Shown piece by piece: positions 1-14,139 of a stretch of DNA of 64,000 bases. The stretch's first letter is position 1, and each line of letters starts with the position of its first letter. The stretch comes from the human T2T-CHM13v2.0 reference genome, Homo sapiens, in the NCBI RefSeq assembly GCF_009914755.1, contig NC_060936.1; one strand, written 5' to 3'. The position numbers and the translations under genes were made by a program. Below the pieces are notes generated by a model. That model saw only the letters and a program-made list of their open reading frames with translations, was not told the DNA's origin and ran no database searches.

Positions 1-164
1 TGCTTATAGCCATATACCTGCAACAGAAAAGAAAAATTTTCCCAAGCAATGTTAAGCATCTACCACATACATCACATTATTCTTTCATAAGCAATATGTG
101 TTTGCCTTGAAATATGTTTCATTCAATTCATATTATTTGTGGGAAGCTGTAAAGAATTGAAACT

Positions 165-340
165 AAGAGAGTGTGGCCTCGGGAGCCAGGCAATGAGGGT
201 TTCAATCCTCAGCTCTGCTGCTTACAGCCTGGGAAACCTTGGGTCAGTTTCACCTCTCTGCACCTCTATGTTGTTCTCAATTGTAAAATGGGAAGAATAA
301 TAGTATTCATTCCATAGTACTATTCTGAAGACTTAAACTG
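165..340 (+). mobile_element. MIR SINE
   Basis: Degenerate MIR core: gggtttcaatcctcagctctgc...cttgggtcagtttcacctctctgcacctc...tgtaaaatgggaagaataatagta. Confidence 0.75.
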
Positions 341-403
341 GTATTTTGTTATTGTATGTCACCCAAACAGATCTATCTCTTATGCTTACAAAGAGGGGAT
401 ACC

Positions 404-806
404 TGTGAGGAAGAACATGTGGTGTTTGGTTTTCGGTTCCTGTGTTAGTTTGCTGAGAATAATGGCTTCCAGCTTCATCCACGTCCCTGCAAAGGAAAGG
501 AACTCATTTTTTATGGCTGCATAGCATTCCATGGTGTATATGTGCCACATTTTCTTTATCCAGTCTATCATATGGACACAGGGAGGGGTACATCACACAC
601 CGGGGCCTGTCGGGGGGTGGGGGGAAGGGGGAGGGAGAGCATTAGGACAAATACCTACTGCATGTGGGGCTTAAAACCTAGGTGATGGGTTGATAGGTGT
701 AGCAAACCACCATGGCACATGTGTAACTGTGTAACAAACCTGCGTGTTCTACACATGAATCCCAAAACTTAAAGTAAAATGAAAAAATAAATAAATATTT
801 TTTTAA
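404..806 (+). mobile_element. 5'-truncated L1PA (approx. L1PA7/8) with 5' inversion
   Basis: 404-571 is the antisense ORF2 C-terminus (MIDWIKKMWHIYTMECYAAIK...). 572-806 is the sense 3'UTR plus A-rich tail. 14-bp TSD AAAGAGGGGATACC at 390-403 and 807-820. Confidence 0.93.
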
Positions 807-1766
807 AAAGAGGGGATACCATGGTTGGGTGAGGTTATGTGATTTCCCTGTAGTCGCAAAGTGAGTAAGCATCAGAGGTTGGCTCGGTGTGCACCTGCTT
901 TACAGCATGTGTCCTTATTTTTTCTGGAATCTTTGGGACCACACTTGCTTAGCAGAATATGATCTTCCAGAGAGAAGCAGGAAGACTGTGTGGACCCTAG
1001 ACCTGACACAGCACACAAACACTTGGTTTGTGTTCAATATACAGGCTGGCTGAACAGGAACACTAATGGGAAGAGGAAGGAGGCTACGAACAGCACAATT
1101 GCAGGTTATGTGATCATTTACTTTCTATTCAATGTCAAATTTTGCATAAATTCTTTGGCTATGCCCTGAGGTAATTACTATGCACAAACTACTTGCAAAT
1201 TAACTACATATTAAAGGGCATAGAGCAGACAAAAGAGTTATATCTTACCATAAAAGTCTGCAACCATTTCAGTCCACCTCCCTTTTGCTGTCCATGCATT
1301 TTTACTCCATCACCCCCCACCACTCTTTATTTAATCCAATTTTTCTTCAGAAGATTTTTTTCCCACCTCTCTCAAAGTTTTGCTCTTGAATGAGGTCTCT
1401 CTGGGAAAATGTTTCTGTAAGACTTCACTTACCAGAGTGAGTTAATATAAAAGAAACTTCTATTTTAGTACTTAGAAAATATATGGGGCCTTGTGTATAA
1501 CAGTTAAATGTACCCAAATGGCACTGAGAGGTGATGACTAATTTACTCAGATCTCGTGTCTTCGTTCCTCATTCTTTCTCCCTCACGTTCCAATATCAAA
1601 TTCCTTGTAATCATACTAATAATACTGACAGAAATAATACCTACCTAGAAAACTGACTATTTAAATATTTAAGAAATGGAGAAAATGAGGAGAATCTGGA
1701 ACAAACTAAACTGAGTCCCTTTTAGCAAGCTCTGGACTGAATTCATCCCTGACCACCATGTTTATT

Positions 1767-2080
1767 TGTTTTTGTTTTGTGTTTTCTGTTTTTGTTTTTG
1801 TTTTTTTTGAGACGGAGTTTCACTCTGTCGCCTAGGCTGGAATGTAGTGGTGTGATCTGACTCACTGCAACCTCTGTCTCCCGAGTTCAAATGATTCTCC
1901 TGCCTCAGCCTCCCGAATAACTGGGATTACAGGCACCTGCCACTACACCCAACTAATTTTTCATATTTTTAGTAGAAATGGGATTTCACCATGTGGGCCA
2001 GGCTGGTCTGGAACTCCTGATTCACCCGCCTCGGCCTCCCAAAATGCTGGGATTACAGGTGTGAGCCACCATGTCAGGCC
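1767..2080 (-). mobile_element. AluS
   Basis: Full dimeric Alu, antisense; 18-bp TSD CTGACCACCATGTTTATT at 1749-1766 and 2082-2099. Confidence 0.96.
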
Positions 2081-3209
2081 TCTGACCACCATGTTTATTA
2101 ATTATCTCACCTTTCTTCTGTTAGCCCCCTACAGTGGGCTTGGTAAAGAGGAAGCTCAGAGACACTGCCAGCTCTCCCCAGACAGGTGCAGCTCCTGTCC
2201 CAAGAGGGACTTAGGGGAGTCAGCAATCTCTGAAATTATAAGTAGCAGTTTGCATATGTTTTCATCTATGTGTTTTTCTGAGGTAAAAGTCTCGCACTGA
2301 TCTTCAATCTCAACATGATCTGTGATCTCAAATGGCTGAAGCCCCACCTAAGTAACCTCTTCCTCTCAGCTCCGGCTCCTTTATGGTACCATTTTCATGT
2401 CAACAACACAAAGACCAAACTCTGGGTACTTTGCAATTTCTTCACAGTATTGAAATAAATTATAGCAGGCAGGTCCAGAGAATGACAGTGTGGGAAAACG
2501 TGCTTGGGAGGACTGGAGTTGAATGGGAAAATGCTCCTGAAAGCTCATTTTCTCAACTTCTTTTGTTTATTTATTTTAATACAGTGATGAAATTATAAGG
2601 GCTTCCTTTGTTCTAGGAAAACAAACTTTATGTTTGGGGATTTTGTTTAAAATGTTCTATTGAGATAAATTTCTCAAACTCTGGTTCTCTGACAGCTTAC
2701 TGGGATTGCCACTTTAGGAAGTTTTATTTAGAAGGCTCCCCCTTATTTAGCAATTCTTCTTCCTTGAGAAATTCCATTTCCTCAAGAAGTGAATCTAATG
2801 TGACCAAGTAATTTACTCTTAATTAAAAAGTTAGCTTCCCATAGCAATGAAAGACTAGAATAATGGAAAGATTTGTGGCTGAAGAAATTACCTCTGTTTC
2901 AACATTTCTATTTCTATTTCTATTTATTTAGCAACCTATAATAAAATAGAAAATAACCCAAAATGGCATGGTCTTTTCCCCACCCTACATCAGAGGGTGA
3001 AATTCTTAAATTCCTATAGAGAACACTCCAGGGGTTGAGTTCTCTAAATCTCTTTCATCTCCTGTCTTACCCCTACAAAATTGGTCAGTGGGATTTTCCT
3101 CATCATTCTATCGTATATGATCAGCACACCTGGAAATTAACAACAAAAGCAAAAATAATAAGGAACTATTTGTATATACCAGACACTGTTATAAGTAATT
3201 TAAATATAT

Positions 3210-4800
3210 TAACTCACATAATATAATTCCAGGAGCCAAATCATTATAGTTCCCATTTTATAGATGAGAACAAATACCTAGAAATAATAATCACTACATC
3301 AGATATTCTTAGCTACTTAATGCAATCATGAGATAAAGAACCTGAATGCGCTGTGTAAACATGAGGTACTATTTAAATGTTATTAGTTACCTTTCTATTT
3401 CATTTATGTTTTATAGGGTTTGCTGCTGCAAAGGCAGCCAAGTTGCCCCCTCAAAAACCATCTCAAGCTCTCTGAGCGTGAACATTCACCTTCCTAGTTC
3501 ATCAGATTCCAAACTTCAGGGCCATATATTGCTGCTTCTTAAAGTTCCCCCTCCATAGTTAATCAGTACTCCCATCCCATTGATTCTACCTACACCAAGG
3601 CTCTTGAGGCTCTGCTCCCTTTTGTATTTGCCCCGGAAGTTATTCAGTTCAGGTCCCTGTTATCTCTCACCTTAATTACCTCCAAGGCCTCCCTCACTGG
3701 CCTTTCTTTTTTAAAAAGCAAATGAACAAACAAAGAACAGATCTAACCAGGCCCTCTCTCCCCTGAATATCTTCAGTTGCAACCATTGCAATCAGATTGG
3801 GCAAGACATTTGTCTGGGTCAAAGCATTTGAGACCTAGTTCTAATTCCACTTCTTAGGGATTAATTATTGATTCTTGAACGTGTTATTTCACTGCTTTAA
3901 AGCCAAATTTCTTCTAGTATGTAATGAGATTATGTAGCATTTGCCTTGTTTATCTCATAGGCTGTAAATATTAAAACAACAATAATGTATAAAAAAAGCT
4001 CTTTGAAACTATAAAATGTATTTCCAATGTGTAGTTTTTACTGAAATTGAAGTCCAGGTTTCTTGACGTAGCATTCAAAACCTCCAAAATCTGACTATGA
4101 GCAGTATATCCAAATAATCTCCCAAGTCAGTTATGTCCAAATCCTCCATGTCTTCTGGGTCCTCCCTCTGTACTTTGAGACCTTGGAATATACAGCTTCC
4201 CCTGCCCAGAATGCCTTTTCATTCCATGGCCTCTTTCAGATACTTACTCATTCTTTAAGACCTAAATAAAATCCAATTTTCTCCAAGACACTGTCTACAA
4301 TTCCTCAGCAGGAATTAATCTCTCCCTTCCCTGGACTTTCATACCACCTAGTTACCATCTGTGAGCTCTTACTATATATCTGACATTGTGCCAATGCATT
4401 TATCTATCTCTGCATATTATCCTTGATGCACATAACTATATAATCCTCTATGCATATTCTTCACAGTGACCCTCATAGATGTCATTATTTCCATTTACAG
4501 GGGAAGAAACTTACTATTAGAATGGTCGATACCTTGGTCAAGTTTACATGAAGTTTAAAGAGCAGGGCTGGGTTTGACCAGGTCTGTCTCCCCTTGGAGC
4601 CTCAGATCTTGACTCATCCTTTGTGTCTGTGTAACAGTCTTACCACAATCAGCCTCAGAATAGTAAAAAATGCAATTCTCCATCTCTCTCACACAAGTTT
4701 GTGAGTCCCTGGAAGGCCACTCTTATTTCCTATTCATTTGTACCACCAAGTGACTAGTATTTTCCTTCCACATAACAGGATGATCAATACATCTGGACTG
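3210..4800. mobile_element. Cluster of degenerate MIR and L2 fragments
   Basis: MIR cores (cccattttatagatgagaa ~3250; ~3820-4010; ~4460-4600) interleaved with pyrimidine-rich L2-like sequence (ccctgcccagaatgccttttc...). Confidence 0.55.
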
Positions 4801-5399
4801 AAATGAACTTATGAAATCTTTATTGCTCCAACTGTAACTTTCTCTCCTATCCCTGCTAACCCTCTCACTCTCTTCTTTTTTCTTTTCTTGCTATCCAGTA
4901 CTAAACCCAAGTGAATAATTCTCCCAGTTTAGAAAATGGATAGCAGGCAGAACTACTTGGAATTAGGGTGAAAGTTTTTCCCACCTTAATTCCTGGTGTT
5001 TAAAATGAAAATAGTCTATTAGAGTCTCAAATCCTTCACAAAATATATAAACACTTGATAATTTTTGCCTAAATTTTGAGTAAGGTAACCAACATCTCAT
5101 TCATTACAAAGAGTTGTTACCATTTTACATTATACCCATAAATCATAGAGAACTTTATATAAAATTTCTTCTAAAACATTAATCATACAAACATAATTTT
5201 TCTTATTTTTTCACCCAATAAAGGAGAAGAGTCACATCTTCTAATGAGAAAGAGTTTGAATTCAAAGTTTTTAGAATAAAAATTCAGAAGTTCTATTTTC
5301 TTGTGAATAGTAGGAAAAGAGATTTCTCAGCTGACCAAAGTAGCAAAGACACAGCTCACATTAGGAAAAATTATAGCTTAACGAAAAAGAAAATTTTAA

Positions 5400-5600
5400 A
5401 GTCTATGGGTTCTCTCTGGAATGCATTCCGTTGAATCAATGAAGTGCCTCACAAAAACCTTAATAACCAATGGTATTGTACAGAGGAGCAGAACAACCTT
5501 TGATGTCTCCTTTGATTTTCAAAGGCAGATTCTGAAGGGAGGAAGCGGTCCAACCAGTCAAAGAAAGCACTCACAAATGTCTAGACTACACCAAGGATCA
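5400..5600 (+). mobile_element. Possible L3/CR1 reverse-transcriptase relic
   Basis: Translation KCLTKTLI...FDVSFDFQRQ loosely resembles the CR1 RT motif SCLTNL...VDIVYLDFQKAF; weak similarity only. Confidence 0.25.
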
Positions 5601-6799
5601 AATTAACCTTCAATATCCCGTTCCATAGCTATGATAAAATTTGTCTTCCTGAAACATTAGATTGTTATTCCAGCATGTTACTTATAAAGAAAGGATTGTG
5701 CACAAGAAAATATTTCCTTTTGTCATATCAGGAAATGTAGAAACAGGGAATATGGGAGGCATGTGGAAATATAATTTCAGTTCTCTAAACCAATTTGAAA
5801 ATCATTAAAGGGATGGCAGTGGAAGTTTCAATATATTATAATTAGAAGGGACCATAGTCTTAGAGATAAGAAAAATGAAGCCAGAGATATCAAGTGACTT
5901 GTGCAAAGTCATACAGTCATTTAATGTCAAAGTGTCGAAAGTCAAGGTGAAGTTAGGTTCTTTATGCTCAGTGCAGTGCTTTTCTTAATACACCATACCA
6001 TTAGGTTAGTCAGAGAACCCAGACTAACAATGTCCATTCCCTCTACAATCGATAGCTTTAATTGGTTTTGGTGATAATGGCCATACCTATCATTAATAGT
6101 CTCAGAGATGTTTCCATTTAATAACAATGTCTGGCATTGAGTGCATTTCATATGTACTTGTCCGTGTGTGAAGCACGTTGTATGTTTTGTCTCATCTAAT
6201 CCTCACAATAGCCACTGAGGCAGAACTCTTCCCCTTCTTGCAAATGAGGCTTAGAAATGTTCTCCTTCAGGAACCCAGAGCTGGTAAATATAAAGGTAGA
6301 ACCCAAACCCAAATTCAAGGCCATCCACTAATTTATACCCTATAGAAGTAAAATAAAAGCCACTTTACCCAGCATTTTTCAACGTATCTTTTATTCACTG
6401 GCATTTCTGCATGTCTGTAATGTGATAATTATTGGTTTTTATTAAAAAACAGCAACCTCACGCATCTTTGATGTCTCCATAAATGGTTCCTCGCACAAAA
6501 TCAGTATACAATAAATATCTGTAAAATGAAGAACAAACTGAAGCAGTATGCAGTCCTGAAGGGACTTCTGAAAAATATTTTAAAAGATAAACATATGTCT
6601 TGGCTACTGCAAGGTAAAACAGAACCCCATGTAGAATAAGCGATTCAGAAACCCTATGCGAAAAACTGTTGACCACAGGGAGGGGGGCACACAGCTAAGA
6701 AGGCAAACCCTAGACCAGCTCGCTGCACTTTAGTTTAAGACCCACTAGTCAGCTAGCCCCAAGGGTGCAGATCTACAACCCAGGCAGAGAGGAGCTGCA

Positions 6800-7330
6800 A
6801 GCAGAAGATGAGATCGCTCAGGAACAAATGACCTGAAAGACTGACGCTGAAGCTAACGCATGAGGGATGATGAAGAATTCATGATGTGACTAGAAGACAA
6901 TTTAGAGGGAAGAGCATATACAAAAGCCTAGTCTCTAAAGAAGTCAAGGCATGGGGAAGAAACGGAAGGAAATTCAATATGAAGATCAACAACTGGCATA
7001 GTGCTGAGAGGTGAGACTGGAGAAATGAGGAGGGATCAGAAGAAACTGAGCTGTGGAGGCTTGATAAGGAGTCTGATGCCCTTTATTTTGAGGGGAGTGG
7101 GGAGCAAAGGAAGAGCTTAGGCAGAGAGATTACATGATCAAATCTCAAGCAAGAGAACATTAGCAGCACATAATATTTATACAGCACCACTCTGAGGACC
7201 ATGACAGGGGGCATCATCATGATGCAGAGTAAGAGGTATCGAAGCAAGGCCCAAGGGCCAGAGAGTAACAGCAGTGACAGAAGCCAGAATAAGAGGTGGA
7301 CAACAGTACCTTGGGGGATCATCTGAGATA
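6800..7330 (-). mobile_element. L2 fragment
   Basis: Purine-rich antisense L2-like sequence (agagggaagagcatatacaaaagcctag...gagattacatgatcaaatct). Confidence 0.55.
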
Positions 7331-8089
7331 TAATCAGTAGAACTTTTAGAAATATCGAGGAGGCTCCAGAGGTAAGAAGTAGAGATTCCCTTAATTGTGG
7401 ATAAGCCTAAGTGAGAAAGACATGTTATATGCATATATCAATATGATTTAAGTGCTAAGTATTTTCTCAATGCATTTTAATCTTCTGCCATTTGGTCATT
7501 AATTTGTTAAGTATGAGATTTCTCTATTATCTGAAAACTTAGTTTGCCACAATATGAATCACTCACATAAGTATATACCTTATGTATTTCTATATCATTT
7601 TGTAGGTTATATAGGGCTTTTCTGTCCATTTTCTTAATCTTTGAAAGATCCTTGTGAAGTTGACAGGACAGCAAATACTGTCTTTATGTTACAGATGAGG
7701 CTCACAGAGGTAATGTGGCCAGGGCCAGTGAAAAATGAACCAGAATTTGAATCTTGTCATGTCCCTTTAGCTACATGATCATAAGTATATAGAATTTAGT
7801 GGGATTTTTCTTCTATCTCATCTGTCTAAGCTTGTTGCAAACCAGAAACTTCAAGGATCCCATGCAAACAATATTACTACCACTTGCAGCACGTACTCAT
7901 GCAGGTATCTAAAGTTAGTACTAAGATGATTAAAAACAGCCAATGCTGCTGTAATTATATTTTCTGAATCCCTAGTTGGGACATAAGGGCCAATACATTA
8001 TAGCACAATGAAGCTACTGAAACAGAATATTTGACATCGAGGCTGTCTTGGAAAATTGGGAATATACCACCTTGCAATAATAGTAATAA

Positions 8090-8350
8090 TAAAAAATAAC
8101 ATTTATTGAAAACTTACATTTTGCAGGAGAATTTCCTAAGTGCTTTACTTGTATTAATACATCAATCCTCAATATAACCCTATGATGTGGGTACTACTAT
8201 TGTCCATATTTTACAGAGGGAAAACTGAGGCACTGAGTTGTCAGTAACTTGCCTGAGATCCCACAGCTAGTAACTATGTAAGTAGAGTCAAATTGAAACT
8301 TTGGCCATGCTGAACCAGAACCCTTGCTCTTAACCATCAATACTCTACTA
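8090..8350 (-). mobile_element. MIR SINE
   Basis: Near full-length antisense MIR: ttttacagagggaaaactgaggcactgag...taacttgcctgagatcccacagctagtaa...ctcttaacca. Confidence 0.85.
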
Positions 8351-8729
8351 CCTCTCTCCCATTCTTGGCAGCAAAATCTCTGTTTTAACCCTCCTAGGAG
8401 GATACTTGAACTTCAAATACTATTTCCAGAAATACAAATACATCAATGATGCCTGTTAGAAGAATGATAACTCAGGATAGCAGAATATCACTGCTCAATT
8501 TGGTAAACCAACCAAAGAATGGCTATAATTTCATTGCTCTGAAGATGACGAACAATCCAGATGTCAATATTCAATTTGAAAAACAAATATTGAGAAGCTA
8601 CTCAGTGCTCAGCCCTGTGGTAGACCTAGAGGTAATGCAAAAGACAAAAATTGCATTTATGAATCTCTGACCTCAAGGAACATCAGGCATGCATGAAAGA
8701 AATGCACGAAGCCAATATTTAAATAACAA

Positions 8730-8965
8730 TGGTTAATATGTAGTGAATGCATACTGAGGTGCCAGACACTGTTCTAAACACATGTACTTTTTAAAACCTA
8801 ACAACATCCTAGGAAGCAGTTGCTATTGTTAACCCCACTTTATAGAAGAAAAACTGAGGCACCAAAAGGTAAATCCCCTTGCCCAGGGTCATGAATCCAG
8901 TAATTAGCTGAACTGATACTTGAACCTGTGCAGCCTGGTTCCTGAACCCATATGCTCAACACTAG
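8730..8965 (-). mobile_element. MIR SINE
   Basis: ccccactttatagaagaaaaactgaggcac...cttgcccagggtca...ttgaacc. Confidence 0.8.
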
Positions 8966-9284
8966 CTCTATTTCTATCTATCCCAATTTTGTGCTTACAA
9001 TAGGGTGAATAATTTAGGTTAGAGGTGGATCTACAATCCAAGGCATCTTAAGTTTAAGGCAGGAGGAAGAGAATGCCTCACCTAAGCCTTAAGCCCAAGT
9101 CAATTTTGCCAATAAAGCTTTCAATAGAGGGTCCCGAAGCAGGAATATGTAGTGGTTATCTGATTCCCAGTTTGCTACTGTTTCTCTTATTTACCTTCAG
9201 TAGCCAAGAACACTGCTTGGAAAAGGAGCAAGTAGCAAGGCAAGTGTGGGTTCACCTTCCTATCAGTCCTCCTTTGGGTACCTC

Positions 9285-9905
9285 AAACCCAGAAACATTC
9301 CAAACATTCACCAACAGGTGAACAAATAAACACATTGTGAGACATTTCCATGTAAAAGAATACTCAGCAATAAAAAAAGAACTGATGCAACAACATGGAT
9401 GAACCGCCAAGCAGTGATGCTAAACAAAAGAGGCCAGATGCAAAGAAGTACACACTATATGGTTCCATCTATTTGAAATACTAGAAAAGCAAAATTTCAT
9501 CTATAGTGGTAGAAAGCAGGTCAGTTTTGGGGTAGTCTGGGGACCAAAAGAGGGTTGGGGGGATTGACTAGGAAGCGGCATAATAGACTTTGTGGAGTGA
9601 TGGGAATGAGATTCTTTTGGGATTGTAAAAATGTATGTATTATTTTAGTAGTGGTTATATGGCATATAAATTTATCAAAGCTCATAAAAATGTACACTTA
9701 AGATGGGTACATTTTTTACATGGGGCTCTGGATTTGATTCTGGACCAGAAAAAAAAGACATTACTAGGAACACTGCAAATTTTGAATAAGATGTGTAGAT
9801 TAGTTAGTATTATCGTATCAATGTTAATTTCCTAGTTTGTATGATTTTTTTGTAATTTGTCTTTAAATCTAAAATAATTTCAAAATAAAGAGTTAGAAAA
9901 ATTTT
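9285..9905 (+). mobile_element. Old L1M 3'-end fragments (L1MC/MD/ME type)
   Basis: gaatactcagcaataaaaa...gcaacaacatggatgaa...atggttccat...; second 3'UTR-like piece from ~9722 (gattctggaccagaaaaa...atcaatgttaatttcct). Confidence 0.75.
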
Positions 9906-11347
9906 AAAGCATGGTTTTCATACACTGAGTTCACACCAGAGCCAAAGAAGATCTTCTGGAGCCTTAGCTTCCTTGAGACCACAGCTCCTCCTCCCATAGA
10001 TTCCCTCATAGTTGTGTTCAAAGCCTGTCAGCAGAGTAGGTAACCATAATAAAACACGGCTCAATTAAACGGGTGTAAATAATGTTAATAAAAGAGAAAA
10101 GAAGCCCTTTCTTAGCCCAAACAAAACTCATGCAAAGAACAGGTCACATCCCTCCCTCTCCTTCCAATGGGGTTTTATGGCATGAGAATTTGCCTATCAT
10201 TGTAGATGGGGCCGGAAAGTAGAAAAGAAGTCATTCTCTCCACAATCTTACCAAATACCTTTAAAATTCACTCTTCCTACAAAAAACAAAAGTCACCAGG
10301 CAATGAAGGATAGTGACCCCTGAATGATGGAAAATAATTGCCCTAGCTTACTGGCCTAGAGAGAGAGTCTCTAGGCAACAGTGCTGAGGGTAGAGGTGGT
10401 ACCAAGGTAGAGCCCTGTGGTCTCCCAGATGGACTTGGAGCTGGGAGTCCCAGGAGGCTACAGTGGCAGTGGCGGTGGCTAGAGATCAAAGGGCACAGCG
10501 AGGAGAAAGTTGTGTGGAGAAAGAGCTCTGTAGATCTGTAGCTAGACCTCTGATTATTTTTACCTTAGACCAAACTCTACAATGTTAAAAACAGCCTGTG
10601 GATTTATTTTAAGCCTTCACGTTTAGAATATCTAGCATGTGTTTTATTTTATTTTTTTATTTTGAATTTCACTCACAGATCCTTGGGGGAAAGCCACGCG
10701 TAAGATTTTAGAGTACAAATAAGAACCACATTGACCCTAGCACAGAGTATTCAAAACATGTATACCAACATTATCCATAGCAGGATTTTAAAGTTCAATT
10801 AATGTGTCTATCAATATCATGGAAATCATGTGTATATCATATTCATGGTATGTGAAAATGAAATACATATTCCTTTTGGTTATACAAATGTTGAAACCTT
10901 CTCCTAATTTTTCTGTAGACCTGGGCATCTATATTCAAGACACGCAAAGAAAGTTTAAGTTGGAAAGTTGCTGAGGAAACTAGAAATTCTGGTCTGTCCT
11001 ATTATTTAATATGTATGCATCCTTGCTGGTAATTTAATATTCTTAATCAATTCAACCAAAGCATAAGATATTTACAATGCAAAAATCAGAAATCAATAAA
11101 AAATACTATGGTTGAAGTTGATCCACATCTATGATGCATCCTGAAATGAGGAAGTCTGTCTGCAGAATCCCAGTCATTCACTCTGGTCTTCAGGTGGCCT
11201 GGGTATGGGAGTGAGCAGTGGTTATATGCCACATAGACAATTATGAACAAAACAGAAATCAAATTAATTCCCAAACTACTTTTCTGTCCTTATCACAAAG
11301 TAGATTTTTTTTTCTTTTTCATTCAGATATTGTCCTGGGTTCTTGTA

Positions 11348-11897
11348 TGTATTAGGGTTCTCTAGAGGGACAGAACTAATAGAATATATGTATATATGAA
11401 AGGGAGTTTATTAAGGAGAATTAACTCACATGATCACAAGGTAAAGTCCCACGATAGACTGTCTGCAAGCTGAGAAGCAAGGAAGCCAGTGGTGCATCAG
11501 TCTGAGTCCCAAAAGCTCAAAAGGAGGGAAGCCAACAGTGCAGCCTTCAGTCTGTGGCCAAAGGCCTGAGAGCCCCTGGCAAACCACTGGTGTAAGTCCA
11601 AGAGTCCAAAAGCTGAAGAACTTGGAGGCTGATGTCCGAGGTCAGGAAGCATCCAGCACAGAAGAAAGATGAAGACTGGAAGACTCAGCAAGTCTAGTCC
11701 TTCCACGTTCTTCTGCCTGCTTTTATTCTAGCCCCACTGGCAGCTGATTAGCTTGTGCCCACTCAGATTGAAGGTGGGTCTGCCTGTCCCAGTTCAATGA
11801 CTCAAATGTAATTTCCTTTGGCAACACCCTCACAGACACAACCAGGAACAATAGTTTGCATCCTTCAATCCAATCAAGTTGACACTCAATATTAACA
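11348..11897 (-). mobile_element. MLT2A (HERV-L) solo LTR, probably MLT2A2
   Basis: tgtattagggttctctagagggacagaactaata...gcatccttcaatccaatcaagttgacactcaatattaaca; perfect 5-bp TSD TTGTA at 11343-11347 and 11898-11902. Confidence 0.9.
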
Positions 11898-14139
11898 TTG
11901 TATTACACAGACTACAATTCATAGTAGTGATTATATATTGATGGTCCCATATGATCTTCACTCTATCTAGATAGGAGCTATTATCATGGTTTTCATTTTC
12001 TGAAATGGAAATGGAGGCAGTCACACAGCAAGCCACAGACACACAGCCCCAGCTGATTCCCACAAGCACAAGCCTTTATCCACCGCACTGATCCACCTCT
12101 TCCTAACCCCTGAACAAAAACTACAAACTGGTCCATGCTACTCATGGACTGGGCTTCCTGATGACAGCTGTTTTGATTCTTAAAATGCTTTAATCAGGAC
12201 CCCTTTGGGCCAACCGTTTAGTTTTGGTTGTGTGACTGTGCATGTTTCTGAACCTTTTGGGCCTCTGTTTCCAGAGTGACCTCTCAATCTAAGCTCTCAA
12301 ATAAAAAGGTGGCCACATTACTACAGGGGCAGCTTGATGTGGTGAATTCATCACAATTGAGGGAGGGAGACAGGCTAGTGTTGGCATCCTAGCAGTTAAG
12401 TATGAGCTGGGAGACTGGGCTTACCCAGGTCTCAGGTGACACAGCTGTAAAATGCTCAGCCTGATTTATCCCTTAAAGACTGTTAAAAGGAATTAAATGA
12501 GACAATGTGTGGCTCAACACAATGCCCAATCATTTAAAGGCACCCAAAGTAGCCATTATTAGAACAGTTACCATGGCTCTACTAAACTTACTAAATCTAT
12601 AGTCTGTGCCTTCTGGGGCCACACATAAATAGAGAATCGCCTTCTACAGCCTGGGAGTGAAGAAATCCCACTCGGGTAAGTACAGAAATGAGACAATCCC
12701 TCTTATGTCTGTCAATCTCCTCTTTCCTGGGCAGAAAAAGAAAATGTAACACAGAAATGTCCTAAAAGATAAAACTTAATTTGGCTTTCAACAATCTTTG
12801 TGTTAATTCAGCTTGCATGCTGAGGTCAGACCACCACAGCACGGTGGGGTGAAGGAGCCCAGCTAAGATGACAAATAGGGATAGAAATGCAACCCACGTG
12901 CTCCCACTGGAGGCTGCATCTGTCTTGGAGAGGGGAAGACTTCCTGATAATGCACAAGGGTGCCCTGCCTACCAACTCATGGGTCCACCAAGCCTCATGC
13001 TCACACCTCATTCTAACTCACACACCAGTGGCCCTGAATATTATTAGGTAACACTTAAAGAATATACAGTTTCATATTGTTAAGGAGCCTCACAGAGGCT
13101 TGTTAGCCTAACATTTCCATTTTGTTTACAGCCAGTTTCCTTTTCTCACTGATGTACCATCACATTGGTGCTGTATCAATCACCAAATCACATGTAAATT
13201 GAAGTTCAAATCGAGAAAGTGTTGGGTTTGTTTAATTATGTAGGGACAGTGCCTTTCTTGTTTGTGTTTACTGTCCCAACACATTGCTTTGCACAGTATG
13301 TATTTAATTCAGCAAATCGAATTTATGAAAGAAAAATTCCAATCATAGCTTGTTTTCTAAAAATCTGACTAATATCATGGTCATATTTGTTTTTTTAAAG
13401 ATATATTTTTGGCCTAAACCTGAACTTATGCCCCAATCAAATTCCTCTGTAAAATTTTCTCTGTAACATTTCAGACTCTAGAGACTAAATTGCCTTCCAC
13501 CAACAAGTTGATACAATGCAAAGAGTAAACCAATAAAGACTAACACAAAATTAAAAAAAAGAAAAAACATGACTCTCTTTATCTTGCTCTTAACATGTTT
13601 CTGAGATCCATGACTTTTCTACTGTGTATAAAAAGTTTAACCAAAAGCAAGTGTGTTTCCAGTGGAAAATGAACACTAACTGGTTTCAGCACATTAATTC
13701 TGAAAACAGGAGAATAGTATTTTCTTATGCACACTTTATGGCTGACAGACAAATTTTTTCATCAGATTGAAATCAGCCAATATAACATTTTTTACATTTT
13801 CATTTTATTAAAATAACAAGAAGAAAATGAAGAGATGGAACAAGAATCTAATAACTTCTGACACTTCTCAGAATAAACTAGTATGTGCAACCAAATAAGT
13901 TTCAAAGATTTTAATTAGTGGTCTGAAAAACCACTTGGTTACATACTGTGGAGGTTCATATTTTAAGAGCTGAATTCAAACATTGCTCACACCATTAACT
14001 TAAAGGATTTTGTCATTAATTTTTAATTATACCAAATCTAACTACACAGGACATAGAGTGACCCATAACATTAATCTTATTTAAAAAGACAAAGCAAAAT
14101 AAAATCATAAAAGTTGCATATAGATCATGATTTTTAACT

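Noticed and set aside
611-636. G-quadruplex-forming G-tract
   Set aside because: Standard feature of the L1PA 3'UTR.
10354-10376. 9-bp inverted repeat GCCTAGAGA/TCTCTAGGC
   Set aside because: Short, partly low-complexity and isolated.
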